A DNA stretch of 64,000 bases from Acidimicrobiia bacterium (GTDB lineage Bacteria; Actinomycetota; Acidimicrobiia; Acidimicrobiales; JANYDT01). The stretch is from positions 7,478-71,477 of the forward strand of contig JAYSSK010000136.1 of assembly GCA_043720595.1 (NCBI GenBank). Reading direction: 5' to 3'. Positions 17,509 to 27,495 of this stretch are shown here, piece after piece (the stretch's first letter is position 1; every line of letters begins with the position of its first letter). Below the pieces are notes generated by a model. That model saw only the letters and a program-made list of their open reading frames with translations. It did no database searches and had not been told where the DNA came from. The translations under genes were made by a program, and so were the position numbers.

Positions 17509-20172
17509 TCAGTGAGTCGGCGCCGAGGCGCTCAGGGTTGAGGGGTCATCTGCAACAGATGACCCGGGAAACGCTTCAGCAGGTGATCCTGCGATGGTTT
17601 CTCGTGCGCTGTTCACACCGCGCTGCAGACTTCCGAACGCGTTACGTACTGCTGTTGGATCGTTGTCGATCCGCGCTGCAGCGGCTGGAAGATCGACCGT
17701 TGGAAGCTGGGCACCCTTGACACGCTTACGAAGTGAACCTGGCACCTCTGGAGCGGCATCGTTACGGGCTGCGGCCGCTAGCTCGATCGCTTCGGTGTCG
17801 GTTCCGGCGGGGTACGGATCAGCTTCGGTCTCGCTCTCCGCGAAGACACCGCTGGCCTCCTCGGCACGGCCTCGCTCGAGTCCGCGTTGTAGGCCCGTCA
17901 GTGCTCGTTTGACGGAGTCTGCGCGTTCGGGGTCGTCGGAAGTTTCTGGGTCGTGTCGGATGACGCTCTCTGGGCCGGTGTCGACCATCTGAGCACCCTT
18001 CACGCGCTTGACCAGTTTCGTCTCCGGCTGGCTGACAAGGTCCTCGGGTTCGCCAACGGTTTCTGCAATCGTTTCGAAAACTGGCTCTTCGACATCGGAT
18101 GCATCCTGCGACGGCAAGGATTCCTCGCCGGGAAGCGGGATCTCGCTCGGATGCAAGGAACGATAGGGGTCTGACAGCACCTCGAGCGCTTCAGCGGCGT
18201 CAGGAACTGGCCCGGCTTCAACTGTCTGTGCACCCTTGATTCGACGCGTCAGCGCAGGTTTCGGCACTGGTGCGGGGCGCAACAAGCGGACATTGTCCGG
18301 CACACCATCACCGGGAGCCGCCACACCGAAATCGGGGGAAGCGGGGGTGGCTTCGTGTGACTCGACGACCTCGGAAATCCTGCCGAACGTCGCGGTTGCC
18401 CAGTCAGAGGACGTTGCAGGGTCCGACTCCATGGACACTCCAGCGACGTTCTGAAGCCATTCAGGAATGTCGTTGGCTACGCCGGTTGACAGCGGTGCCG
18501 CCGGTTCAACAGCAGCGTCCAAGCTGCTGTTGGCAAGAACCTCCGCAGCATCGAGGTCTTCCGCTGAGGGCAAGACCTCGGCTGACTCCGAAGTTTCGAG
18601 CAGCACGATCGGCAGCTGAATTCGCGCGGCGATGCCAGCGCTCGAGCTGGTCGCAAGCGACACGTCGATGCCATAGCGATGCGCAAGGCGACCAACCACG
18701 TTCAGACCAAGCACCTTCGTTGGGCTCGACTCGAATGCAGACGTCTCAGCGATTCGCGCGTTAGCCGTGGCGAGATCGTCTTCGCTCATGCCCAAGCCAT
18801 CGTCGGTGACAACAAGCAAGTACCCATCAGGGCGGGCCTTGCCGACCACGGCGACCCGACTGTCAGGCGGCGAGAAGTTGGTCGCGTTCTCAATCAATTC
18901 AGCAACGAGGTGAGCAACGTCGTTGACAGCTGCGCCGCGGACCTTGACATCGTCCAGGCCAATGATGTCCACACGGTCGAACGCTTCAATTGCGGAGACC
19001 GCAGCACGAACGACGTCGCCCATTTCGACACCAGCAGACCACTTGCGGTTTGGCTCGGCTCCGGCCAGTACCAGGAGCGACTCGGCGTTTCGGCGCATAC
19101 GGGTCGTGAGGTGGTCGACCTTGAACAGATCTTGGAGCTTGTCCTGGTCACGTTCGTCTTGTTCCAAACGGGTGAGCACACCGAGTGAGCGCCCGAGGAG
19201 CGACTGATTGCGGCGTGCCAGGTTCACCAGGTTCTCGCCGACGTTGCGGCGGATCAGTGCCTGTTCTCTGGCCAGACCGACTGCGGTCCCCTGCATCGAG
19301 GCGAACGCAGCTGCGAGTTCGGCGATCTCATCGTTGGACTCGACGTCTACGAATCGGGCTGACACCGTAGGCGATTCTTCGCCGGCCTGCGCAGCAGCGA
19401 CCATCAACGGAAGGTCTTCCGTTGCTGCACGGTTGGCCGCATCGGTGAGCTGTTTGATTGGACGACGAATGGCCCGGGCCACGAACGAGCTGAGCAGGAA
19501 GGTGGCTACCGCGCCAGAAAACGCAATGAGCATCAGGCCGAGTAGCCGCCGGCTCACGGTGCTCGAAACGTCGGATTCCAAGCTCGCGCGGCGCGTGTTG
19601 GCGATTTGGACAGTCTTGTCGATGGCGGCACGGTGCTTGCGGTAGAGCGGGTCGAGTTGCTTGTCAAAGATCCGTTCTGCCTTGACCGCGGGCTCGTTGA
19701 TGACGACCTGAACCTCGTCAGGATCCCACCCGCGTGAGTATGCCGAGCGCAGCGACGGAACGAACTGGTCATTGAAGACTTTGAAGTATTCCTCGCCGGT
19801 CTTCCAGGAGTCGTTGAGGAACGGGTCGTTGAGCTGGGGCTCACCGATCACGTCGATATGTTCGGTCCAGTAAGCGTGGCGCTCTTCGAAGCTCTTCTGC
19901 AATGACTCGGACCGCTTGACGAGGCCGGGGAATTCCTCGGCGTTCGCCTGCAGCAAGCTCTGCGCGATGAAGTGCGATTCGATGAAGTAGAGCGGAGGCG
20001 GAAGAACGTCGGCCACGAGGTCGGCGGTGGTTGCCAACTTCTGGTACTCGGGTCCGTTGACCTTTACCCGGTTGAACGTGGTGAAACCCACGCCGGAGAG
20101 GCCGACAAGTGCGACCAGCGGTGCCACAACGGCAGTTGCAAGCTTCTGGGTAATGCTGAGTCGTCCGAGCAC
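17509..20172 (-). CDS. Conservon membrane sensor histidine kinase (CvnA-like)
   Basis: Two TM helices, HAMP (DEIAELAAAF), LFKVDHLTTRMRRNAESLLVLAG, AELIENATNFSPP, DDGLGM, LGLNVVGRLA; long acidic tail. Confidence 0.92.
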   Translation of the reverse strand: MLGRLSITQKLATAVVAPLVALVGLSGVGFTTFNRVKVNGPEYQKLATTADLVADVLPPPLYFIESHFIAQSLLQANAEEFPGLVKRSESLQKSFEERHAYWTEHIDVIGEPQLNDPFLNDSWKTGEEYFKVFNDQFVPSLRSAYSRGWDPDEVQVVINEPAVKAERIFDKQLDPLYRKHRAAIDKTVQIANTRRASLESDVSSTVSRRLLGLMLIAFSGAVATFLLSSFVARAIRRPIKQLTDAANRAATEDLPLMVAAAQAGEESPTVSARFVDVESNDEIAELAAAFASMQGTAVGLAREQALIRRNVGENLVNLARRNQSLLGRSLGVLTRLEQDERDQDKLQDLFKVDHLTTRMRRNAESLLVLAGAEPNRKWSAGVEMGDVVRAAVSAIEAFDRVDIIGLDDVKVRGAAVNDVAHLVAELIENATNFSPPDSRVAVVGKARPDGYLLVVTDDGLGMSEDDLATANARIAETSAFESSPTKVLGLNVVGRLAHRYGIDVSLATSSSAGIAARIQLPIVLLETSESAEVLPSAEDLDAAEVLANSSLDAAVEPAAPLSTGVANDIPEWLQNVAGVSMESDPATSSDWATATFGRISEVVESHEATPASPDFGVAAPGDGVPDNVRLLRPAPVPKPALTRRIKGAQTVEAGPVPDAAEALEVLSDPYRSLHPSEIPLPGEESLPSQDASDVEEPVFETIAETVGEPEDLVSQPETKLVKRVKGAQMVDTGPESVIRHDPETSDDPERADSVKRALTGLQRGLERGRAEEASGVFAESETEADPYPAGTDTEAIELAAAARNDAAPEVPGSLRKRVKGAQLPTVDLPAAAARIDNDPTAVRNAFGSLQRGVNSARETIAGSPAEAFPGSSVADDPSTLSASAPTH

Positions 20173-20287
20173 AACGGCTCCTTTGCTTCCGAATCGAGAG
20201 TTCGTTCACCCCTGATTCGAGGTGACACTCATTTCTCGGCAGCGCAGGGGATGAACTTGAACTCGTTCTCGGAAGCTGAACCCAGAT

Positions 20288-20749
20288 TCAGTCGAGAGGA
20301 TCTGGATCGGAGTCCGGATCGGAGTGTGGAGCGCCGTCTGAATCCGGTTCCGGTGCATCTGGCACCCATGCAACACGCGGTGCGTCACGCCACAGTCGCT
20401 CGAGGTCGTAGAACTCTCGTGTTTCCTGTTGAAAAACGTGGACGACGAACGGACCGAAGTCGATCAGGATCCAGGTTGCCTCTTCCAGGCCCTCGACCGA
20501 GATCGGCGCAGGACCACCGGCAAGTTTCACCGCTCGTTCCATCTCGTCGGCCACCGTGAGCGCGAGGCGACGGTTCGACGCCGAAGCAATGACGAAGAGG
20601 TCTGTAATACCCAGCAGGTCGCCAACGTCGAGGATGACAACGTCGGTTGCCTTTTTGGCATCTGCAGCACGGGCTGCTACTGATGCGAGTGGGATGTAGG
20701 ACGAAGTCAGGGGCACGAGATCTGCAGGTATCTGGAGGTTTGCGCACAA
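20288..20749 (-). CDS. rsfS: Ribosome silencing factor (start uncertain)
   Basis: KKATDVVILDV, TDLFVIASA, WILIDFG..VVHVF..ETREFYDLERLW; downstream of nadD. Confidence 0.93.
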   Translation of the reverse strand: MCANLQIPADLVPLTSSYIPLASVAARAADAKKATDVVILDVGDLLGITDLFVIASASNRRLALTVADEMERAVKLAGGPAPISVEGLEEATWILIDFGPFVVHVFQQETREFYDLERLWRDAPRVAWVPDAPEPDSDGAPHSDPDSDPDPLD

Positions 20750-20761
20750 ACTGCGCAGACC

Positions 20762-21346
20762 TTAACGGTACAGCCCATGTTCAGCCACGTACGCGATCAC
20801 GCTGTCTGGCACAAGGAAATCGAGTGGGCGACCATCAGCGGCCATCTCGCGAAGCTCGGTGCTGGACAGCTCGAGGGCTGGAAGACGCACGTCGACACTC
20901 CGCCACCCTGGCGCCAATTCTGCCCTGCTTGCCTCGCCGGGACGGTATGCGATCGCAAGCGTGCATAGTGCAGGAATTTCCGTCCACCGCTGCCACGTTG
21001 GAAGGTCGTCGACCAAGTCGGACCCGACTATCAGGAACAGTTCGCAACCCGGTTCGTCATGGCGCAGTTGCTGCAACGTGTCAGCGGTATACGAGTCGCC
21101 CCCACGCCGAATCTCCAGGTCAGATGCGACCAGCCCACCTCGACCTGCCACGGCCAGTTCCACCATGGCGAACCGATCCGCTGCCCCGCTAATGCGACGT
21201 TGCTTTGCCTTCTGCCACGGAATGTTGGCAACGACAAACCGAACTTCATCGAGCCGAAGTTGGTGACGAGCGGCTACGGCGACGGCCAAGTGCGCGTTGT
21301 GGATGGGGTCGAACGTGCCACCGAACACCCCGATGCGCTTTCCCAC
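20762..21346 (-). CDS. nadD: Nicotinate-nucleotide adenylyltransferase
   Basis: RIGVFGGTFDPIHNAH, SYTADTL, LIVGSD, LSSTELR; GTG at 21346 chosen as start. Confidence 0.96.
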   Translation of the reverse strand: MGKRIGVFGGTFDPIHNAHLAVAVAARHQLRLDEVRFVVANIPWQKAKQRRISGAADRFAMVELAVAGRGGLVASDLEIRRGGDSYTADTLQQLRHDEPGCELFLIVGSDLVDDLPTWQRWTEIPALCTLAIAYRPGEASRAELAPGWRSVDVRLPALELSSTELREMAADGRPLDFLVPDSVIAYVAEHGLYR

Positions 21347-21362
21347 ACTGACCACGTGGAGA

Positions 21363-22286
21363 TCAGGTGCCGGCGAGCCTGGCAACAACCGGGGCGAACG
21401 CCTCGAGGTCGTGCACCACGACGTAATTGAATCCGAACAACTCGCGACGTCGAATCAGGTCTTCGCAAATTTCGTCGACTGTTCCGACCATGACGATCGG
21501 CATGTCGAGCGCCGCGGCAGGGTCGAGCCCGAACAGCGGTGCAATCTTTTCTGCGTAACCGACCCGGTCTGAAGTCACCTGTTCCATCGCGCCGAGAATT
21601 TGCAGCTCGATCGATCCGAAGCGGTCGCCGGCAGCTTCCTTTATCCAGCCGATGCGTTCCAGATACCGATCAGCAACTGCGGTCCTTGCTGCTTCGACAC
21701 CAGCGACCCCGCTGGTGAGTTCCGGGTTCACACCGACGATGTCAGCATGGCGTGCGGCCATGGTGAGCACCTTCCGCCCTCCCCCGCCCACGATGATCTT
21801 CGGGCCACCTGGGGTTGCCGGCCGCGGGAAGCACTGCGCGCCAGCGAGGTGGTAGTGAGAGCCGGTGTAGGTCACGGCATCTTCGTTCCACAGTCGCTTG
21901 ATCACTTCGATCGCCTCGCCCATCCGCTCGATGCGAATCTTCGGCGTATCGAGTGGGATCCCCGATTGCTCGTAGTCGGTCGTCATCCAACCTGCGCCGA
22001 TGCCGAACTCGACTCGGCCGGGGAACATCAGGTCCATAGCGGCAACGTCGCGTGAGAGCACCAACGGATGGCGATAGTCGTTGTCGTATACCAGGGCACC
22101 GACCTTGATCGACGTTGTGGCCTCGGCCGCAACGGTGAGCGGAACCGTCGGGCTCCATGTCTCACCGAAATGGTCTGGCAGGAACAGTGTGGAATAGCCG
22201 CTGTCTTCTGCTTGGCGGGCGAGAGCACGCCACGCGGTTCCTGTTTCAGCATGGCGAAGTTGGATACCGAACCGGAAGGGATGCAC
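21363..22286 (-). CDS. LLM-class F420-dependent oxidoreductase
   Basis: PFRFGIQL, LFLPDHF, NDYRHP, GRVEFGIGAGW, IIVGGGG; GTG 22286 preceded by TACAGT-N6. Confidence 0.9.
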   Translation of the reverse strand: MHPFRFGIQLRHAETGTAWRALARQAEDSGYSTLFLPDHFGETWSPTVPLTVAAEATTSIKVGALVYDNDYRHPLVLSRDVAAMDLMFPGRVEFGIGAGWMTTDYEQSGIPLDTPKIRIERMGEAIEVIKRLWNEDAVTYTGSHYHLAGAQCFPRPATPGGPKIIVGGGGRKVLTMAARHADIVGVNPELTSGVAGVEAARTAVADRYLERIGWIKEAAGDRFGSIELQILGAMEQVTSDRVGYAEKIAPLFGLDPAAALDMPIVMVGTVDEICEDLIRRRELFGFNYVVVHDLEAFAPVVARLAGT

Positions 22287-22396
22287 CCGGACACTGTAGA
22301 GCGGTCGTGCGATCGAAGCCCAGGGTCCGCCGAGTGGGCCAAGCCGGGCCCGAATTAGCTTCAAAGAAGACTGAAGGTCACCAGTAGGCTGTCTTG

Positions 22397-23758
22397 ATGA
22401 CCGAATCTGTCGCACCTGCCGGCCATTGGACTCCAACGACGTGGCGCGACTATCCGGCCCTCCAACAGCCCAAATGGCCAGATGCCGGGCACCTCGACGC
22501 TGTTACGAAGCGGCTCTCCACCCTGCCGCCGTTGGTATTTGCAGGCGAGGCGCGCTCGCTCACCAAAGCACTTGGCGAAGTAGCAGCCGGAAGAGCGTTC
22601 CTGCTGCAGGCCGGAGACTGCGCCGAGAGCTTCCATGACCAGACCGCTGCGTCCATACGAGAGCGTCTGAAGGTCATCCTGCAGATGGCTGCCGTGCTGA
22701 CGTACTCCGGCGGGCTGCCGGTTGTGAAGGTCGGCCGCATCGCCGGCCAGTTCGCCAAGCCGCGCAGTGCCGACACCGAAATCATCGACGGTGTCGAACT
22801 CCCATCGTTCCGTGGCCATATCGTCAACGACGACGCGCCGTTCGCCGATGCTCGCACTCCAGACCCCGAGCGGCTCATCGCTGCCTACCAGCAGTCCGCA
22901 CAGACGCTCAACCTGCTACGTGCGTTCACCAAAGGCGGGTACGCAGACATCTCAAGAGTGCACGCCTGGACCCAAGAGTTTGTTGCAGCCACCCCAGAAG
23001 GCCAGCGCTACGAGCAACTTGCAGCAGGCATCGACAAGGCCATTCGTTTCATGCGTGCCTGCGGAATCGACCTGGAGAAGGAAGCGCAACTGCAACAGGT
23101 CGACCTGTGGACCAGCCACGAGGCCCTCCTGCTCCACTACGAAGAGGCACTCACTCGCAGCGATACCACCACCGGCGACTGGTACGACTGTTCCGCTCAC
23201 ATGCTGTGGATCGGTGAACGCACCCGTGGCATCGACGACGCTCACGTGCAGTTCCTGCGTGGCGTCAAGAACCCCATTGGCTGCAAGGTCGGCCCAACCG
23301 CACAGCCCGCCGATGTCATCGCGTTGTGCGAGGCGTTGAACCCAGACCAAATTCCTGGGCGGCTCACGCTTATTGTTCGTATGGGTGCAGACAAAATTGC
23401 TGCTGCCCTGCCACCGATTCTGGCAGCGGTTCGAGACTCTGGCCACCCAGTCGTGTGGGCGAGCGATCCGTGCCATGGCAACACGTTCACTGCACCATCG
23501 GGTCATAAGACCCGGCGTTTCGATGACGTGCTCACCGAGGTACAGCAGTTCTTCATTGCCTGCCACGCATCGGGGGTTCATCCAGGTGGCTTGCACCTCG
23601 AACTCACCGGCGACAACGTGACTGAATGTCTTGGTGGTTCGATCGCCGTCGAGGCAGACCACTTATCTGGGAACTACCGAACCATCTGCGACCCGCGTCT
23701 CAATGCACGGCAGTCACTCGACCTTGCGTTCAGCGCAGCCAATTTGCTCCAAACATGA
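22397..23758 (+). CDS. Class II DAHP synthase (3-deoxy-7-phosphoheptulonate synthase)
   Basis: LQAGDCAESF, KVGRIAGQFAKPRS, TSHEALLL, LWIGERTR, DPCHGNT, CDPRLN. Confidence 0.96.
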   Translation: MTESVAPAGHWTPTTWRDYPALQQPKWPDAGHLDAVTKRLSTLPPLVFAGEARSLTKALGEVAAGRAFLLQAGDCAESFHDQTAASIRERLKVILQMAAVLTYSGGLPVVKVGRIAGQFAKPRSADTEIIDGVELPSFRGHIVNDDAPFADARTPDPERLIAAYQQSAQTLNLLRAFTKGGYADISRVHAWTQEFVAATPEGQRYEQLAAGIDKAIRFMRACGIDLEKEAQLQQVDLWTSHEALLLHYEEALTRSDTTTGDWYDCSAHMLWIGERTRGIDDAHVQFLRGVKNPIGCKVGPTAQPADVIALCEALNPDQIPGRLTLIVRMGADKIAAALPPILAAVRDSGHPVVWASDPCHGNTFTAPSGHKTRRFDDVLTEVQQFFIACHASGVHPGGLHLELTGDNVTECLGGSIAVEADHLSGNYRTICDPRLNARQSLDLAFSAANLLQT

Positions 23759-23793
23759 CCATCCAGTGACCATCCAGTGATTATCCAGTGACC
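23756..23793. repeat. 11-bp tandem repeat (TGACCATCCAG) x3.5 spanning a stop/start junction
   Basis: TGACCATCCAG TGACCATCCAG TGATTATCCAG TGACC. Confidence 0.85.
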
Positions 23794-24570
23794 GTCCCCG
23801 ATCTCACGATCGGTCGCGCGCTCGCAATCGTTGCCGCGGGCGGCGCCGCCGGCTTCATGAACTCCATCGTTGGTTCGGGAACGCTGATCTCGTTCCCCAC
23901 GTTGGTAGGAGTCGGGTTCGACCGAATCACCGCCAACGTCACCAACAACATCGGGCTGTTCCCTGGCTCAGCCAGCGCTTCGTGGGGTTTCCGCAAAGAA
24001 CTCCGAGGCCACTGGGCTCGCATCACCGTGCTGTCTTCGGCATCTGCCCTCGGCGCGTTGATCGGAGCGCTGCTGCTATTCCGCCTCTCCGCAGACACGT
24101 TTAAGGTCATCGTTCCGATTCTGATCTTCATCGGTGTCACGCTGGTGCTGCTACAGCCTGTAGTCATCGAGCGTCTCAGGACACGTCGGGCCAACGCTGA
24201 CTCAGCCCAGGTCGGACGAATCACCCCTGCCTTGTGGTTGTCCGTGTGCGTTGTCGGGGTCTACGGAGGCTATTTCGGGGCCGCCCAAGGGGTTATCCTC
24301 ATTGGCGTCATGGGCGTCATGCTCGATGAGCCTCTCGTTCGAGTCAACGCCATCAAGAACGTGCTGGTAACCATCGTCGCCCTAGTTGCAGGCGTCGTTT
24401 TCCTCTTCAAGACATCGGTGCCGTGGTCAGGTGTTGCGCTCGTCGCAACGGGTGCCATCTGCGGAGGCCTTGTTGGCGCCCGCATTGGACGTCGTATCCC
24501 CCCGCGCGTGCTGCGGGGCCTTGTCGCCATGGTCGGACTCATTGCCGCTATTCGGCTATTGGCGACGTGA
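23788..24570 (+). CDS. TauE/SafE-family membrane transporter
   Basis: AGFMNSIVGSGTLISFPTL, ANVTN, GVYGGYFGAAQG, NAIKN. Confidence 0.9.
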   Translation: MTVPDLTIGRALAIVAAGGAAGFMNSIVGSGTLISFPTLVGVGFDRITANVTNNIGLFPGSASASWGFRKELRGHWARITVLSSASALGALIGALLLFRLSADTFKVIVPILIFIGVTLVLLQPVVIERLRTRRANADSAQVGRITPALWLSVCVVGVYGGYFGAAQGVILIGVMGVMLDEPLVRVNAIKNVLVTIVALVAGVVFLFKTSVPWSGVALVATGAICGGLVGARIGRRIPPRVLRGLVAMVGLIAAIRLLAT

Positions 24571-25883
24571 AGGCTGTGCAACACAAGCTGATGGTGGCAC
24601 TGTCGCGGCGAGTCCACCCAGCGTGGATCGTCGCCACCGCAACCTTTGTTGTCCTGATGTTGACGGCCTCGGTGCGGGGAGCCTTCGGGCTCCTCATCGA
24701 ACCGCTTCATACGCAGCACGGCTGGTCTCGTACATCAATCGCTGCCGCTTCCACCATCAACCTGGTTCTCTTCGGCCTCATGGGACCGCTCGCCGCAGCG
24801 CTAATGGTCCGTTTCGGCCTGCGGCGCGTGGTCATCAGCGCGTTGACGACGGTCGCAGCAGGCTCGGTCCTCGCAACCTTGGCCACGCAGGCGTGGCACC
24901 TTTGGATCGCGTGGGGTGTGCTGATGGGAATCGGACAGGGTTGTGTAGCGACGGTCCTCGCTGCATCGGTGGCGAGCCTTTGGTTCTTCCAACACCGCGC
25001 CATGGTGAGCGGCATCCTGATCGCAGCTGGAACTGCTGGCACGTTGGTGTTCCTCCCACTCAACCGGTGGTTGGTGGATACCTACTCGTGGACCCGGGTG
25101 AGCTACCTGATTGCCGGAGCATGCATCCTCGCCATACCCCTCGTGTTGTCTTTCGTTGTAGACCGACCAGAGCACATTGGTTTCTCGGCGCTCGGTGCGC
25201 AGCCCGAGCAGCAACCCATTTCGCCTCCGCGCAACCCCCTCATGACCGCTTGGACCGGCCTCACCTCGTCGATCAACTCGGGAATGTTCTGGCTGCTGCT
25301 CGGCAGCTTCACCGTCTGCGGCGTCACCACCTCTGGCATGGTGCAGGTGCACTTTGTCGATGCCGCTGGCGATCACGGCATCGGCCGATCGGCTGCAGCA
25401 ACGTTGGTGGTGCTGATCGGTGTTTTCGATCTGATCGGAGTCATCGGCGGCGGCTGGTTGGCCGACCGCTTCGATGCACGAGTGCTGTTGTTCTGTTTCT
25501 ACGCGTTGCGCGGAGTCTCCTTGCTCTTGTTCGACGCGGTCCTCGAGTCGGGCGCTTCGAGCCCTGTCCTCATTGCCACGATGGCGCTTTACGGTTTGGA
25601 TTGGGTAGCCACCGTGCCACCCACCGTCCGCCTCGCTAATGAACTGTTCCCGGGACAAGGCACTGTTGTGTACGGCTGGGTGTTCGCCGGACACCAACTC
25701 GGTGGTGGCGCGGCAGCGGCGCTCACCGCTTGGAGCCGTGACAGCACAGGCAGTTTCCAAAGTGCGTTCGTAGTGGGCGGGCTGCTCGCCATCGTGGCCG
25801 GTTTCGCATGCCTCGGTATCGGTAAGGTGCCAGGCCCTTCTACCGTTTCAATCAATGAGCATGCCCGCCCAGCCTCAGCCTGA
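24567..25883 (+). CDS. MFS transporter
   Basis: About 12 hydrophobic segments, GWSR, LMVRFGLRR, GWLADRFD, YGLDWVATVPPT, GHQLG; GTGA overlap with upstream gene. Confidence 0.92.
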   Translation: MKAVQHKLMVALSRRVHPAWIVATATFVVLMLTASVRGAFGLLIEPLHTQHGWSRTSIAAASTINLVLFGLMGPLAAALMVRFGLRRVVISALTTVAAGSVLATLATQAWHLWIAWGVLMGIGQGCVATVLAASVASLWFFQHRAMVSGILIAAGTAGTLVFLPLNRWLVDTYSWTRVSYLIAGACILAIPLVLSFVVDRPEHIGFSALGAQPEQQPISPPRNPLMTAWTGLTSSINSGMFWLLLGSFTVCGVTTSGMVQVHFVDAAGDHGIGRSAAATLVVLIGVFDLIGVIGGGWLADRFDARVLLFCFYALRGVSLLLFDAVLESGASSPVLIATMALYGLDWVATVPPTVRLANELFPGQGTVVYGWVFAGHQLGGGAAAALTAWSRDSTGSFQSAFVVGGLLAIVAGFACLGIGKVPGPSTVSINEHARPASA

Positions 25884-26286
25884 CGCTCTGGTGCTGTTCG
25901 ACGGGCAGTGCAACTTGTGCTCATCGACCGTGCAACTCCTCATACCCAGAGACCCGTCGGCCCGATTGTCCTTCGCGTCGCTGCAATCGCCGCTCGGTCA
26001 ACACATTCGGGAACGTTTCGCCGTGCCCGACGAGGTTGATTCGGTCGTCGTGATCGCCGGCGGACGAGCCTTGCTGTACGCAGACGCCGTCATCGGCATT
26101 GGCCTGGCGCTCGGTGGCTGGTATCGCCGCGGGGCACAAGCAGCCAGGGTGATCCCCCGCCCGCTACGCGATGCCGGCTATCGCTTCCTTGCCCGCCACC
26201 GCTACAAGTGGTTTGGACACCACGATGCGTGTTGGATGCCCACGTCCGAGCTGCGGTCTCGCTTTGCAGCGGACGGGCTGGCCTGA
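25855..26286 (+). CDS. DCC1-like (DUF393) thiol-disulfide oxidoreductase
   Basis: VLFDGQCNLC (DxxCxxC), FASLQS, RDAGYRFLARHRYKWFG. Confidence 0.9.
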   Translation: MSMPAQPQPDALVLFDGQCNLCSSTVQLLIPRDPSARLSFASLQSPLGQHIRERFAVPDEVDSVVVIAGGRALLYADAVIGIGLALGGWYRRGAQAARVIPRPLRDAGYRFLARHRYKWFGHHDACWMPTSELRSRFAADGLA

Positions 26287-26310
26287 CCGTTCGTCCTAGG
26301 CTCTGTCCTC

Positions 26311-27462
26311 ATGAGTGGCCTCGCAGACGAAACATGGATCGATGCGGGCGTCGTGTCAGAGCGGTCACGTGCTTGGGCGGCAACCATGCGCGGCCATGAC
26401 CACGGAGAAGCACGTCTTGCCCACCAGGACTCCTTTGCCCGCATTGCACACCCCTCGCCTGCGATGCGCGAAGAGCGAGAACTCGCAGAATCGGCCAACC
26501 TCGTCGGCGGGGCAACCCGCTCTCTAGGAGCAGGCGACCGCCACATCCCCGAAGAGCCGGACCCGGTCCGCACATGTTTCGAACGCGACAGGGACCGCAT
26601 TCTTCACTCGTCTGCCTATCGACGACTTTCTGGCAAGACGCAGGTCTTCGTCGCGCCAACAGATCATCAACGAACACGGCTGACGCACGCCATTGAAGTC
26701 GCACAGGTGGCTCGGTCGATCGCGGTCGCCCTGCGGCTCAACGTGGCCTTGGCTGAAGCGATTGCCATCGGGCACGACTGTGGCCACGGCCCCGGGGGCC
26801 ATGCAAGCGAAGACGCATTGTCGCCCTACATCGCCGAGGGCTACGACCATGCGGTCTGGGGTGCCGATGTCGTGCTGGCGCCGCTGAATCTCTGCGCGCA
26901 GACGATCGACGGCATTCGCAACCACTCATGGTCGCGTCCAGCGCCGGCTACTCCCGAAGGTGAGGTCGTTTCGTGGGCTGATCGCATCGCGTACGTATGT
27001 CACGACTTCGAAGACGCCGTGGCTGCGGGCATCGTCACACCGGAGGTATTGCCATCGACCGTTCGAGACCTGTGTGGGACGACCCGGTCCAACCAGCTGA
27101 ACGCCTTCATTCGTTCGGTTGTTGGCTGCGCGTCGGCTACTGGGCAGGTCGGCATGGCGCCCGACATGGCCGAGGCGCTCGCCGCATTTCGACGCGTCAA
27201 CTACGAGCGCATCTACCTGCGTCCGGCATCACAGGCTCAGGCAGCCCAGGTGATCAGCGTCTTGCGTGCCCTCACCGACCACTACATCGACCGCCCGAAT
27301 CTCATTCCACAGGTCGCTGGCCAGGGCGGATGTTCCGCAGGGTCAGACGAAGCAGTGCGCGCTGCGGTTACTTACGTGGGCGGGATGACTGACCGGTTTG
27401 CGTTCTCGCAGGCGCTCAGCCTGCTTGATTGGGACCGACGCGACCTTCCACAGGCCATCTAG
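26311..27462 (+). CDS. HD-domain dGTP triphosphohydrolase-like protein
   Basis: FERDRDRILHS, RRLSGKTQVF, RTRLTH, GHDCGHGPGGH, ADRIAY..HD, YVGGMTD. Confidence 0.92.
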   Translation: MSGLADETWIDAGVVSERSRAWAATMRGHDHGEARLAHQDSFARIAHPSPAMREERELAESANLVGGATRSLGAGDRHIPEEPDPVRTCFERDRDRILHSSAYRRLSGKTQVFVAPTDHQRTRLTHAIEVAQVARSIAVALRLNVALAEAIAIGHDCGHGPGGHASEDALSPYIAEGYDHAVWGADVVLAPLNLCAQTIDGIRNHSWSRPAPATPEGEVVSWADRIAYVCHDFEDAVAAGIVTPEVLPSTVRDLCGTTRSNQLNAFIRSVVGCASATGQVGMAPDMAEALAAFRRVNYERIYLRPASQAQAAQVISVLRALTDHYIDRPNLIPQVAGQGGCSAGSDEAVRAAVTYVGGMTDRFAFSQALSLLDWDRRDLPQAI

Positions 27463-27495
27463 CTGTGGACATCTAGCCACCGGGTCCTGGGGCTA

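Noticed and set aside
23788-26286. TauE + DCC thiol oxidoreductase as selenium-handling partners of the UGSC gene
   Set aside because: About 10 kb away, separated by unrelated operons; both families are common without selenoproteins.
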